Virus record (IMG/VR): IMGVR_UViG_3300029288_000071
Location: 96,001 to 160,000 of that record
From: a virus
Lineage: Duplodnaviria; Caudoviricetes
DNA length: 64,000 nucleotides
Reading direction: 5' to 3' (one strand)
The stretch's first letter is position 1. The number at the start of each line of letters is the position of its first letter. Shown in pieces: positions 49,402 through 58,181 of this stretch. Made by a program: the position numbers and the translations under genes. Under the pieces are notes generated by a model. That model was not told the DNA's origin, ran no database searches, and saw only the letters and a list, made by a program, of their open reading frames with translations.

Positions 49402-50090
49402 TATCTTTTCTCCCATAAAATAATAAAATCGCATGATAAATGATTACAGATTTCTGTTTCTCTATCTAAATCTTTAAAAACCTGCTTGTCATGTCTTTTT
49501 TCATACACTTCATAAACAGTATTTGTTTCTAGACAGTAACCATCAACAACATAACCTAATTTTTTTATGTGATATTGTCTCTGAATTTTACAATTATCTC
49601 TATGCTCTTGTAAATCTAATAGTTGTTTTTCAATTTTTCCTATATTAAAATATGGTTTTGAATTACCATTTATGATTCTATTTAGCATTGAAACTCTCAT
49701 TTTTCTTTTAGTTTCAGAAGAATGATGCTTCCCAAGCATAGCTTTATTGATACACTTATCTCTATTTTCTTTGATTTTAAACCTTTCTTTAATTTTTAAT
49801 CGAGTTTCTTGTGTTACTGGAAATTCCTTATATCGCTTCTTTTGAGCCAAACTACCAATCTCTCTTTGATTTTGTGTCCAAATGCTTCCTAAGTTTCTTG
49901 GTTTTAATTTATTGCTTTCAGCAATTCTTTTTCTGCCTTCTATGGTTTTTGATTTACCTCCTATACTTCCTGAACATTTTTTACATTTTGTATTCAAGTC
50001 TATTGCTCTTTGTAATAAATGCTTAGTTTTGTATGTCTGTAAATTGCCACATTGAGAACAGTTTTTACTAAAATTTTCAGGTAAAATCAT
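49401..50090 (-). CDS. Putative homing endonuclease (Zn finger + NUMOD3 + DUF559-like)
   Basis: CSQC/CKKC, GKHHSSETKRKMR, YVVDGYC..VYEVYEKRH. Confidence 0.8.
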   Translation of the reverse strand: MILPENFSKNCSQCGNLQTYKTKHLLQRAIDLNTKCKKCSGSIGGKSKTIEGRKRIAESNKLKPRNLGSIWTQNQREIGSLAQKKRYKEFPVTQETRLKIKERFKIKENRDKCINKAMLGKHHSSETKRKMRVSMLNRIINGNSKPYFNIGKIEKQLLDLQEHRDNCKIQRQYHIKKLGYVVDGYCLETNTVYEVYEKRHDKQVFKDLDRETEICNHLSCDFIILWEKR

Positions 50091-50370
50091 TGATTTGTTT
50101 TCTAGCTCTGTGTTTTGTAATTAATGCTCGGATAAAAAGAATAATAGGAAATGATATTAAACAAGTCAAAAATAAAAATATAATTATAAGTCCATGAAAA
50201 AAATCTTTAATAGACTTTTTAAATTCTTCTAAAAATTGTTTCAAAAAACTATTACAATCAAATATCATGTTTTCCCAAATAGACATTTCATTTTCATTTT
50301 TTGTGCAATTTCTAATCTTGTCATTATCAATAATAAGATTAGTTCTATCTATTCTAAATGGATTTTTCAT
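50077..50370 (-). CDS. Small membrane protein
   Basis: C-terminal TM segment. Confidence 0.5.
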   Translation of the reverse strand: MKNPFRIDRTNLIIDNDKIRNCTKNENEMSIWENMIFDCNSFLKQFLEEFKKSIKDFFHGLIIIFLFLTCLISFPIILFIRALITKHRARKQINDFT

Positions 50371-51397
50371 ATGAATTTAATGGAGCAAAAATTTGATTCC
50401 AACTATCAAAATTTTGTATTTGTTTAAAAGCTGAATCTTGCATAAATAACAATCTCAACTGAAAAGGTTTAAAAACAGGATTTTGATTTAGTGCACTTTT
50501 AACTTTTTCTAATCCCTCTACACTAAAAGTATGTTCAAGTAATTGCATCACCTGCCAATTCTTTTTCAACTTTTCTTGTTCATCTAAAATTACTTTGTAA
50601 AATTTACTACCCTTAATATTTGCTTGACAATGCTCAAATACTCTATCAAGATTTGTAGGAGTTGAATCTATTAAAAATGGGAATAGTTTATTTATAGTTT
50701 TTAAACCAATTCCTTTAATTCCTGGAACATTATCAGAAGAATCTCCTTGAAGAGTTTTAATCATTATCCAATTTTTTGGATAACACTTATATTCTTTAAT
50801 CATGTGTTCAACGTCGATTATTTCTTTTTTAATAGGGCGATAAACTGATACTTTATCTGTAACTAATTGGAAGTAATCTTTATCAGAACTAACTATAATT
50901 TTGTGTTGATCAAGCCATAAATACTGACTTATATAACCTATCACATCATCTGCTTCCATTAATTCTACTTCAATTTGATAAACAGGTAAAGTTTCAAGAT
51001 ATTCTTTTACTCGATAAAGCTGTTTTTTAAAACTTTCCCATTCTGCTTCAGGAGTTTCCCATTGAAAAGTTCTATTCAAAGATCTTTTTATATCTCTTCC
51101 TTGTTTATATTCAGCAAGTATTTCTTTTCTTTTTCTTGATGAGTGTTTTCCTTCCCAACAAAAAACAACTTTAGTAGGATGAAATAGTTCTACAATAGAC
51201 TTTACAGATTGCATCATACCCCACATCCCACCAACATGGTTTCCTGATCCATTTGCTAAATTAAGTACTGCAAACGAACGAATAAACATGTTCATTGAGT
51301 CAATTAAAAGAATTCTTTGAGAACCTTTTTCTTCAATTTCAACTTCTAAAAGTTTATCTTTTTGAATTGCAGCTATTTGGTTTTCTACAGTTTCCAT
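50354..51397 (-). CDS. 5'-3' exonuclease / RNase H (Pol I N-terminal/FEN family)
   Basis: LIDSMN, YKQGR, EADDVIG, SSDKDYFQL, GDSSDNVPGIKGIG. Confidence 0.93.
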   Translation of the reverse strand: METVENQIAAIQKDKLLEVEIEEKGSQRILLIDSMNMFIRSFAVLNLANGSGNHVGGMWGMMQSVKSIVELFHPTKVVFCWEGKHSSRKRKEILAEYKQGRDIKRSLNRTFQWETPEAEWESFKKQLYRVKEYLETLPVYQIEVELMEADDVIGYISQYLWLDQHKIIVSSDKDYFQLVTDKVSVYRPIKKEIIDVEHMIKEYKCYPKNWIMIKTLQGDSSDNVPGIKGIGLKTINKLFPFLIDSTPTNLDRVFEHCQANIKGSKFYKVILDEQEKLKKNWQVMQLLEHTFSVEGLEKVKSALNQNPVFKPFQLRLLFMQDSAFKQIQNFDSWNQIFAPLNSYEKSI

Positions 51398-51630
51398 TAA
51401 GTTGTGCTTTCAGTAATAATTTTCTTAATTATACGGCCTTGTTTGTCATATTCATACTCTTCAACAACTTTTTTAGGAGTTATTAGAGGCTGAATTGGTT
51501 GAATTGGATTGATTGGAGGCCATGTTATAGTTATATTGTTAGGTTTTTGATTTCCAAAATATTTGATATATTCTGAACAGCTTTTACAAGCTTCAGTTCC
51601 TGCTAATGAACAACAACATACTAAAGGCAT
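51397..51630 (-). CDS. Small Cys/Pro-rich hypothetical protein
   Basis: CCCSLAGTEACKSC and PIQ repeats. Confidence 0.5.
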   Translation of the reverse strand: MPLVCCCSLAGTEACKSCSEYIKYFGNQKPNNITITWPPINPIQPIQPLITPKKVVEEYEYDKQGRIIKKIITESTT

Positions 51631-51631
51631 T

Positions 51632-52306
51632 TTATTTTTCCTCTTTAAAATAATCTACTATTCCTTTCACAAAAGTTAAAGAGATCACTGGGAGTATTCC
51701 GCTAACCATAAACATTACAAATCGTAATGACCAAGGTGAAGTACTTAATGCTAGTAAATCTAAAATTGACTTAAGTGATTCTGGTGTTGTATTTACATAT
51801 GCATGATACATATTTCCAATAACTTGTAAGGCACTCAATACAAAGAATATAGACCATATTGTAAATTTGTTTAATTTATTAAGTGTAACTAAAGCAACAA
51901 GTGAAGACATAGAAGCTAATTCAATAGATACTGAAATAGCTATCGCCATTGCATAACTATTAGAAGTAGCAAATAAAGTAATTAAATGCATCATAGAAAT
52001 TAATGAAATAGCTAGAGGGGGTATTATAAATGCAAAGAAAATAATTTTTTCTCGTTTTGTTTTGAAAAATGAACTATTTTCTTCTTTTTTTATTTCATTT
52101 TTTTGTTCATATTGTAGTTTTTCATCAGGATATGCTAAAGTTGCTGATTGATTTTTATCTTCTGGAACATTTAAAACTCCTAATACGTCACTTTCTTTTG
52201 CTTTTATTGATTCTGGTTGTGTTGGCATAATATTTTTAATGTTTTCTTCTAAGAATTCAACGTTGTTGCTTCCTCTTTCTTGGTTTAATCCTATTTTGCT
52301 TATCAT
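51632..52306 (-). CDS. Four-TM membrane protein
   Basis: Four hydrophobic segments; SISVSIE, QVIGN, SGILP. Confidence 0.6.
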   Translation of the reverse strand: MISKIGLNQERGSNNVEFLEENIKNIMPTQPESIKAKESDVLGVLNVPEDKNQSATLAYPDEKLQYEQKNEIKKEENSSFFKTKREKIIFFAFIIPPLAISLISMMHLITLFATSNSYAMAIAISVSIELASMSSLVALVTLNKLNKFTIWSIFFVLSALQVIGNMYHAYVNTTPESLKSILDLLALSTSPWSLRFVMFMVSGILPVISLTFVKGIVDYFKEEK

Positions 52307-52661
52307 TTGTTTTTCTTAGATAGTGGGGTAAATCATCGTCTTCTAATTTGTTAATTTCTTGAAAATGCATCAATGCCATAATGTTAAACATTACTCCTGC
52401 AAGATGATCTTCATCTTCATAACCTGCTAAAAACTTATTTAAATGTCTACTAGCAGAATCAACAAATCTATGAAATGGGATCCCGCCTTTTTCCCAATTC
52501 CTATCATAATATTTTATAGCTCCTTTTTCCATCCACTTTGCTATTCGGTCAATAGCAAATGGAGAAACTAAATCATATCTACCTTTTCCAATAGCGGGTT
52601 CTCTAAGAGCTTTACCTTTTCCGAAAACAATTCTTTTTCCTGTATCTGTCATTCCATCCAT
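52257..52661 (-). CDS. dATP/dGTP diphosphohydrolase (DUF5664-like)
   Basis: GKGRYDLV, GAIKY..RNWEKG, SASRHL, EDHLA. Confidence 0.85.
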   Translation of the reverse strand: MDGMTDTGKRIVFGKGKALREPAIGKGRYDLVSPFAIDRIAKWMEKGAIKYYDRNWEKGGIPFHRFVDSASRHLNKFLAGYEDEDHLAGVMFNIMALMHFQEINKLEDDDLPHYLRKTNDKQNRIKPRKRKQQR

Positions 52662-53869
52662 TAAGAAACATCTCCTTCTACTACTTCTTCAGGTATTTCT
52701 AATTCATCAAAAGAAGGTGTACAATTACTATAGTCAATTGAATTTGCATCAATAATCATTTTTCTTACATATTCACGAATTTCAGGAGGAGTAATAATCT
52801 TTCTCCATTCATCTTTTTTGAATTCAACTTGAATGATATTTGGTTCATCTCCTTCTTTTGTATTTACATAATCTGGAAGATTTATAAGATATTTTTGTTT
52901 TGTCGGTCTTTCAATTTTTCCTTTAAGAACTAAATTGTCTAACCAACTAGATTCATCATCAATTCCTTTGTCAAAATAAATATCAAAAGTACACTTTCTT
53001 TGTGGTGGAGCAATTTTATTTTTCTTTGTTTGAGCTTGAACCGTTACTCCAATAACTATGTCATCTTTTTTAATATCTGTTATTTTTGTTAGACGAACTC
53101 TAACTGAAGAATGAAAAGGAACTGCATTACCACCAGGAGCAGTCCATTTATCACCAAAACTAACACCAATATTTGATCTTAACTGATTTGTAAAAAGTAA
53201 TAAAACATCTTCTCTTCCAATAAATTGCGTAACTTTTCTCATAGCTTTAGAAATAGCTAGAGCTTTTGCTGTACCATAACCTTCTTTATCAAAAGAGCCT
53301 TCTAATTCTTCAGTTGAAGGTGTTGCAGCTATTGAATCCCAAACAATAGTAATAAAATCTTTACTTCCTAGTTCTCTAATCTTTTTAATTGTAGATTCAA
53401 TAGTGTCAAATACTTTTTCAACTGTTCCTGCAGATACATAAACTAATTTATGAACTCCTGCTTTTTCTGCTTCTTTTCCAACTTTTAATCCCATTTTAAC
53501 AAGTAAACTAATATCAGTTGAATTTTCTTCATCAAAAAGAATAGGAATTCCTCCCATTTTTTGTGTATTAATTAAAACTTGATTTGCAACTAATGATTTT
53601 CCAGCAGAAGTATTACCAGTTAATTCAACTAATCTACGAACTGGCATTCCTCCACCTTGTTGCCATTTACCATTTGTAATTATTGTATCAAGAATTGTAC
53701 TACCTGTAGAGATGAGAGTTGTTATATCAGTTGGTGTTCCTTGTTCACCTAATAGATAAGCTCTATCACCAATACTTTTTGACATATTTTTTATTAATGC
53801 ATCAGATAAAGAAGATTTGTCACCCAAATTACTCAACGCATCTTCTGCTGAAGTTACTCGTTTTGCCAT
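52661..53869 (-). CDS. recA: RecA/UvsX recombinase
   Basis: ISTGS..LD, GNTSAGKS, IVWDSIAA, FTNQLR, PGGNAVPFHSSVR, KNKIAPP. Confidence 0.95.
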   Translation of the reverse strand: MAKRVTSAEDALSNLGDKSSLSDALIKNMSKSIGDRAYLLGEQGTPTDITTLISTGSTILDTIITNGKWQQGGGMPVRRLVELTGNTSAGKSLVANQVLINTQKMGGIPILFDEENSTDISLLVKMGLKVGKEAEKAGVHKLVYVSAGTVEKVFDTIESTIKKIRELGSKDFITIVWDSIAATPSTEELEGSFDKEGYGTAKALAISKAMRKVTQFIGREDVLLLFTNQLRSNIGVSFGDKWTAPGGNAVPFHSSVRVRLTKITDIKKDDIVIGVTVQAQTKKNKIAPPQRKCTFDIYFDKGIDDESSWLDNLVLKGKIERPTKQKYLINLPDYVNTKEGDEPNIIQVEFKKDEWRKIITPPEIREYVRKMIIDANSIDYSNCTPSFDELEIPEEVVEGDVS

Positions 53870-53889
53870 ATTATTTTCCTGAAAAAATT

Positions 53890-53954
53890 AAGCTAGGAAG
53901 AAACAAAATATGAATTATTGTCAAATTAATTCACTTTTGAATCTTCACTAGCTT
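53890..53954 (-). promoter_or_regulatory. Long bulged hairpin between ssb and recA
   Basis: Nested pairs AAGCTAG/CTAGCTT, GAAGA/TCTTC, CAAAA/TTTTG and TGAATTA/TAATTCA, followed by a T-run on the minus strand. Confidence 0.65.
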
Positions 53955-53960
53955 CTAGAA

Positions 53961-54749
53961 TTATTTATTTATGTTTTGGTTTTTTATTGCATCAAACATT
54001 TCACTGAGCTCACTTAAATCTTCTGAAGTTCCTTCATCTTCTGAAGCTTCAGGATTTGTTATAGGAGCTTGAACTTGATCTCCTTCAGCAACAAATGCAT
54101 CTAATGCATTCTTTATTTCTTCAGGTGTCAGTTTGTTAAATGCATCAAAAACATTAGGACAGTTTTTAATTAGATCAGTTGCAACTTTAGCATCAGAACT
54201 TAATGCTGAAGGATTTGCTGCAGGTCTAACTTGAACTTGTCCATAAATAAATTGAGGTGTTGGGGCTGTTGCCATAACCTTTATATCTCTTCCTTTTATA
54301 GGATCACTTAAATCACCATATTCTGGATCAATAAATAATTGAGCAATTGAAGTATAAGTATTTTTACCTATTCCCCAAAATTTCACACCTTCTGTTTCTT
54401 GACCTCTAACTAAAACAGGAATGTAAACTCTCAAGCGAGATTTGAGTCTTTTCCAAAGAGCAAAATTTTTGTCATTTTTCTCTTGGACTAAATATGCACC
54501 ATATTCACATATAGCACATTTTTCAGCAGGATTTATAGAACGAGGACAAATAATTGATTTCACAGGTCCTACATCATAGTGAAAATATAATTCATTAAAA
54601 GGATCAGGACCATGTTTATATGGAACAATTCTTAATTGAACTTCCTGACCTCGAGGTGGTCTAAAAATTAATGTTTGTTTTTTTGTTTGATTAGTCATTG
54701 CGTCAAGTTTTGCTTTGACTGAACTCATTACCTTGTTGTCGATTGGCAT
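53961..54749 (-). CDS. Single-stranded DNA-binding protein (T4 gp32-like)
   Basis: LRIVP, YFHY, CP..CAICE zinc site, GVKFW, YGDLSDPIKGRDI, acidic tail; next to recA. Confidence 0.85.
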   Translation of the reverse strand: MPIDNKVMSSVKAKLDAMTNQTKKQTLIFRPPRGQEVQLRIVPYKHGPDPFNELYFHYDVGPVKSIICPRSINPAEKCAICEYGAYLVQEKNDKNFALWKRLKSRLRVYIPVLVRGQETEGVKFWGIGKNTYTSIAQLFIDPEYGDLSDPIKGRDIKVMATAPTPQFIYGQVQVRPAANPSALSSDAKVATDLIKNCPNVFDAFNKLTPEEIKNALDAFVAEGDQVQAPITNPEASEDEGTSEDLSELSEMFDAIKNQNINK

Positions 54750-54883
54750 TGAGATTTTCTCCGTAGAATGTAACGTATTTTTACTAAGGATATTGAGGTA
54801 CTACGCTACTAGGGTTGATTTCTATTTAATTACTAATTTGATGTAGAACCGATTGGTAGGTATAAATATAATTCAAATATTTT

Positions 54884-55735
54884 CTAAGTAAACAATTGTT
54901 TGTAAAATGCGTAATTATTTTTAAAAAAATTATTTTCTTTTACTTTAGAAAACTTATCAAGCGCTCGTTTATTAAAAATAATTCCATGAATATCTAAACC
55001 ACTTTTTGAAGTTCTTAAGTAAGTAATTAAGTTGTATTTTTGACTTAACTTTTTAAAAATTTCTATTTGCATTAAAATATAATGATACTTAGAAGTATCA
55101 ATTAGTTCTTGATTAGGCGTTGCAAAAATAAAAACATCTGCTTTTGAAAGTTTTAAAATCATTTCTTCAGGATTGCTAACGTGCTCTAATGTATGAAAAC
55201 AAGTGCATATTGATTTTTCTGGAAATTTCGTAAATTCATCAGGATGTTTATAAGTAATCCCAACTCCTGCCATTAAGTCTCTAAAATCTTTAACTTCAAC
55301 TAAAATTTTTTCTTTACAGTCAGGTAAAAGTGCTAAAAATGGAGAAGATCCTCCACCAAAATCAATTACTGTATCATCTTTTTCTATTATTGAATTTATA
55401 AAATTAGCATATTCAACATCAAATCCGGGATTTTCATAAGGAGGATTCAATCTAACAGCCCCATAACCTGGAGCATCTGTGATAATTGTTTTGTTGTCTT
55501 CTCTATCACACTTAAGTTTTATTCTTTCTTCATAATTTTCTTTTAGAAACTTAACTTTAGCTTTAAATGATTCAGGAGTATTAAATCCATCATAACCTGC
55601 TAAGTCAGTATATGATTCATAATTAGTATTTTCCCAATTGCATCTTTTTCTTAAGATTCGATAAAACTCATCATCTGAATTTCTTGCAAGTTTGATTTCA
55701 TCTGAAAATATTTTTACTTCTTTAAATTCTTCCAT
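54884..55735 (-). CDS. Class I SAM-dependent methyltransferase-like
   Basis: VIDFGGG, FHTLEHVSNP, FATPN. Confidence 0.75.
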   Translation of the reverse strand: MEEFKEVKIFSDEIKLARNSDDEFYRILRKRCNWENTNYESYTDLAGYDGFNTPESFKAKVKFLKENYEERIKLKCDREDNKTIITDAPGYGAVRLNPPYENPGFDVEYANFINSIIEKDDTVIDFGGGSSPFLALLPDCKEKILVEVKDFRDLMAGVGITYKHPDEFTKFPEKSICTCFHTLEHVSNPEEMILKLSKADVFIFATPNQELIDTSKYHYILMQIEIFKKLSQKYNLITYLRTSKSGLDIHGIIFNKRALDKFSKVKENNFFKNNYAFYKQLFT

Positions 55736-56259
55736 TAATATCCGATTCTTTTCATTAAAACTTCGATAGGATCTATAATTTTTGGGATAAAGTTTGGTGG
55801 AGATACTTTTAAATTATTACTACCCATATTAAGTGGCATTATTCCTTCAGAAAATTCTGTTTCAGCATATCTAGCTATAATTCCCCTTCTAGGAATAAAA
55901 CTAGGATCAATAATCGGTACAGTTGGCATTAATGTCAGAAAATAAAATATTTTATTTGTTGCTATTTTATTTAATTCATCAGTAACTACATCAAATAATT
56001 GATCAAGTATTTCTCTTTTAGAATAATCAAGTGAATCAACAAATGAACATCTTAATTTTCTACTTGCACAAATTAAAGGTTTTTGTATTAGTTCTAAATC
56101 TTCTAAAATAGTTATTACAAAAGTAGGACTAGGTGCTCGATCATATTTAAACCTAACTTTATCAGGATTATTGTGAAAATAAATAAAAAGATTGTCAGTA
56201 AATTCAATGTTATTTATTCCTGAAAAATTAACTATTTTATTTGGTTGATAATCTATCAT
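55735..56259 (-). CDS. Major capsid protein-derived mini-protein with LMKRIGY tag
   Basis: ASRKLRCSF and IIDPSFIPRRGIIARYA match the gp23-family SRKLKA.W and DP.SF.P..G..TRYG/A; ends DPIEVLMKRIGY. Confidence 0.7.
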   Translation of the reverse strand: MIDYQPNKIVNFSGINNIEFTDNLFIYFHNNPDKVRFKYDRAPSPTFVITILEDLELIQKPLICASRKLRCSFVDSLDYSKREILDQLFDVVTDELNKIATNKIFYFLTLMPTVPIIDPSFIPRRGIIARYAETEFSEGIMPLNMGSNNLKVSPPNFIPKIIDPIEVLMKRIGY

Positions 56260-56498
56260 TGAATATTTTGAGTATTAGCAGTTGAAGTACTAACAATGAT
56301 TCCACTATTTAGATTTATCATATCCCTTGTTTCAACTATTTTATTACATTCTTCACATACTTTAACTTGTCTAAAAGTAGAATGTCCAGGTGCCCACCAT
56401 TCATCCATCCAGTCAGAAATCTTTTCATGTTTACATTCTTCTTGTAAGTCTTCAATTTCTTTTTTATGCTTTGCTAATAGATCTTCAATCTTTGACAT
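56256..56498 (-). CDS. Small zinc-binding hypothetical protein
   Basis: CKHE..CEEC. Confidence 0.55.
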   Translation of the reverse strand: MSKIEDLLAKHKKEIEDLQEECKHEKISDWMDEWWAPGHSTFRQVKVCEECNKIVETRDMINLNSGIIVSTSTANTQNIQ

Positions 56499-56799
56499 TT
56501 GGTTCTCCTCTCATGATTGCTAAAACTTCTATTTCTCTCATGATTAAATGTTTCTTTTCATCAAGCATTATTTCTGTTCCCGTATACTTATTGAAAAGAA
56601 CTTTATCACCAACTTTTACACTCAATGGAAGAATTACTTGAGGATTCCCAAGTAATTGACCTGGTCCTACAGCAACTACAGTTCCAGTATTTTTTGATTC
56701 TCTAGCACTAAGAGGAATAACTAATCCTGATGGAGTTGTCTCATTTTCAGCATCAGGTAATACAATTATTTTATCATAGAGTGGTTCTAATGTTATCAT
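56485..56799 (-). CDS. groES: Co-chaperonin GroES
   Basis: LEPLYDKI, TPSGLVIP, GTVVAVGPG, VKVGDKVLF.KY.G; start at MITLEP with AAGG RBS. Confidence 0.95.
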   Translation of the reverse strand: MITLEPLYDKIIVLPDAENETTPSGLVIPLSARESKNTGTVVAVGPGQLLGNPQVILPLSVKVGDKVLFNKYTGTEIMLDEKKHLIMREIEVLAIMRGEPNVKD

Positions 56800-56807
56800 A
56801 CTTTTCC

Positions 56808-57263
56808 TTATATTTGAAAAATATCTGGTGGAATTAATACTAATTCTATGCGTGGTTTTGCTTCTGAAAACATCTGCTTCGATATTTTGAAATCTTCTTG
56901 CCAACGAGGATTATCATTAAAAGGTGCAACACACCTAGCTATTCCTGCTTGAATAACTAAACCAGCACAAGGAGAACAAGACATGAATGGATAAGTATAT
57001 AGCGTACATCCTGTTAAATCTCTTTTAGCTGCTATAATTGCATTTCGTTCACAATGAACAATCATTTTATACTTTAAATCTCTGTTATTCAATCTTTCTT
57101 CAGTATCTAAAACATTTCTTGGAAGTCCATTAAATCCTAAACTTATCACGTAATTATTTTGATCTACAATTACTGCTCCTGTTTTTGTGCTGGGATCTTT
57201 AGACCAATTAGACGCAAATCTAGCTAATTCAAGATAACGAATATCCCATTTTAATTGATTCAT
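56808..57263 (-). CDS. dCMP deaminase
   Basis: WSKDPSTKTGA, GFNG, HCERNAI, SCSPC. Confidence 0.92.
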   Translation of the reverse strand: MNQLKWDIRYLELARFASNWSKDPSTKTGAVIVDQNNYVISLGFNGLPRNVLDTEERLNNRDLKYKMIVHCERNAIIAAKRDLTGCTLYTYPFMSCSPCAGLVIQAGIARCVAPFNDNPRWQEDFKISKQMFSEAKPRIELVLIPPDIFQI

Positions 57264-57931
57264 ACTATTTCCTTGATTAATTTTAAACCCATTAATTGTT
57301 CTTTTAATTCAAATGAAAGCCGATCTGCAAAAATAAATACAGAATACTGTCCATGAAAATTATGTTTTGATGTAATATAAGTTGCATCAGTTCTATCTTT
57401 AATTAAATCTCTAATCATATCAAGATTGTATTGATCAGGATGAAATGGAGTTTGCCAATCATCAATACAGATTATAGGTTTATTTAACCTTAAAACTTGA
57501 ATTAGTTCATCTCTTAAAGGCTTAGGATTAGGAGTTTCATGATCATGTGCATCAAGATAAAATAAACAATTATCTTCATTTGTAAACTCATTTGAATCAA
57601 TTTTTTCTTTAAGCCACTTAACAGAATCAGAACAAGCTATTTCAACATTTGTATGATTTTGAATTCTAATTGGTAGAAACTGATCAATATATTTTTGATG
57701 ATATTCTACTCCATAAAGTCGATATTTTCCTCGAGTTCCTTTTCCTTGAACACCTACATTAAATTCATCTCCATATAGTTTACAGAAAACATGTTGCATA
57801 ATCATGAGTGAATCACCTTGATAAACACCCGTTTCAATAAATTTGTTGATTTGAAAACGTTTAATTATTTCTTCTGTGGCTATATTAATCATTTTTGCAC
57901 CTTGCTTCCCACATTTTTCTGGCTTCTTCAA
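57260..57931 (-). CDS. Putative SAM-dependent methyltransferase
   Basis: FIETG, DSVKWL, FYLDAH, ICIDD. Confidence 0.7.
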   Translation of the reverse strand: MKKPEKCGKQGAKMINIATEEIIKRFQINKFIETGVYQGDSLMIMQHVFCKLYGDEFNVGVQGKGTRGKYRLYGVEYHQKYIDQFLPIRIQNHTNVEIACSDSVKWLKEKIDSNEFTNEDNCLFYLDAHDHETPNPKPLRDELIQVLRLNKPIICIDDWQTPFHPDQYNLDMIRDLIKDRTDATYITSKHNFHGQYSVFIFADRLSFELKEQLMGLKLIKEIV

Positions 57932-58181
57932 TTTTATTTTGTAGAATTTCTAGTTCAGTTCTATACGGTTTTCCAATCTCCCAACATTTTTTACACCAAA
58001 CTATTCTATAATCACCACCTGTTTCTTCTTCATAGCCAATACAATCATTACATAAATCTTTTTTACAAATTTCACATTGAGCTACACAACACTGTAATCC
58101 CCAATGAAGTTCTTTGCCGCAATCATCACAAAATCTTTTGTTTACTACGACTTCTTTAGTTTCTGTAGTTTTCTTTATCAT
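57885..58181 (-). CDS. Cys-rich zinc-finger protein
   Basis: CDDC, CEIC, CNDC and CKKC. Confidence 0.6.
   Translation of the reverse strand: MIKKTTETKEVVVNKRFCDDCGKELHWGLQCCVAQCEICKKDLCNDCIGYEEETGGDYRIVWCKKCWEIGKPYRTELEILQNKIEEARKMWEARCKND

Noticed and set aside
52257-52661. 2-aminoadenine (dZ) genome suggested by DUF5664 and the HD hydrolase
   Set aside because: No PurZ in the window, and these families are widespread without dZ.
31953-53869. Inteins or group I introns in dnaE, nrdJ, helicase or recA
   Set aside because: Lengths and motifs are continuous, and the three endonucleases appear free-standing between genes.
54750-54860. gp32-style autoregulatory pseudoknot in the ssb leader
   Set aside because: Only short ambiguous complementarities are visible; it cannot be supported without folding.
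56800-56904. N-terminal extension of GroES in the ORF track
   Set aside because: It overlaps the dCMP deaminase; the RBS and homology start at 56799.
960-58159. Plus-strand ORFs in the track (e.g. 1225..1722, 33826..34194, 43554..43940)
   Set aside because: All are antisense shadows of well-supported minus-strand genes, with no recognisable motifs.
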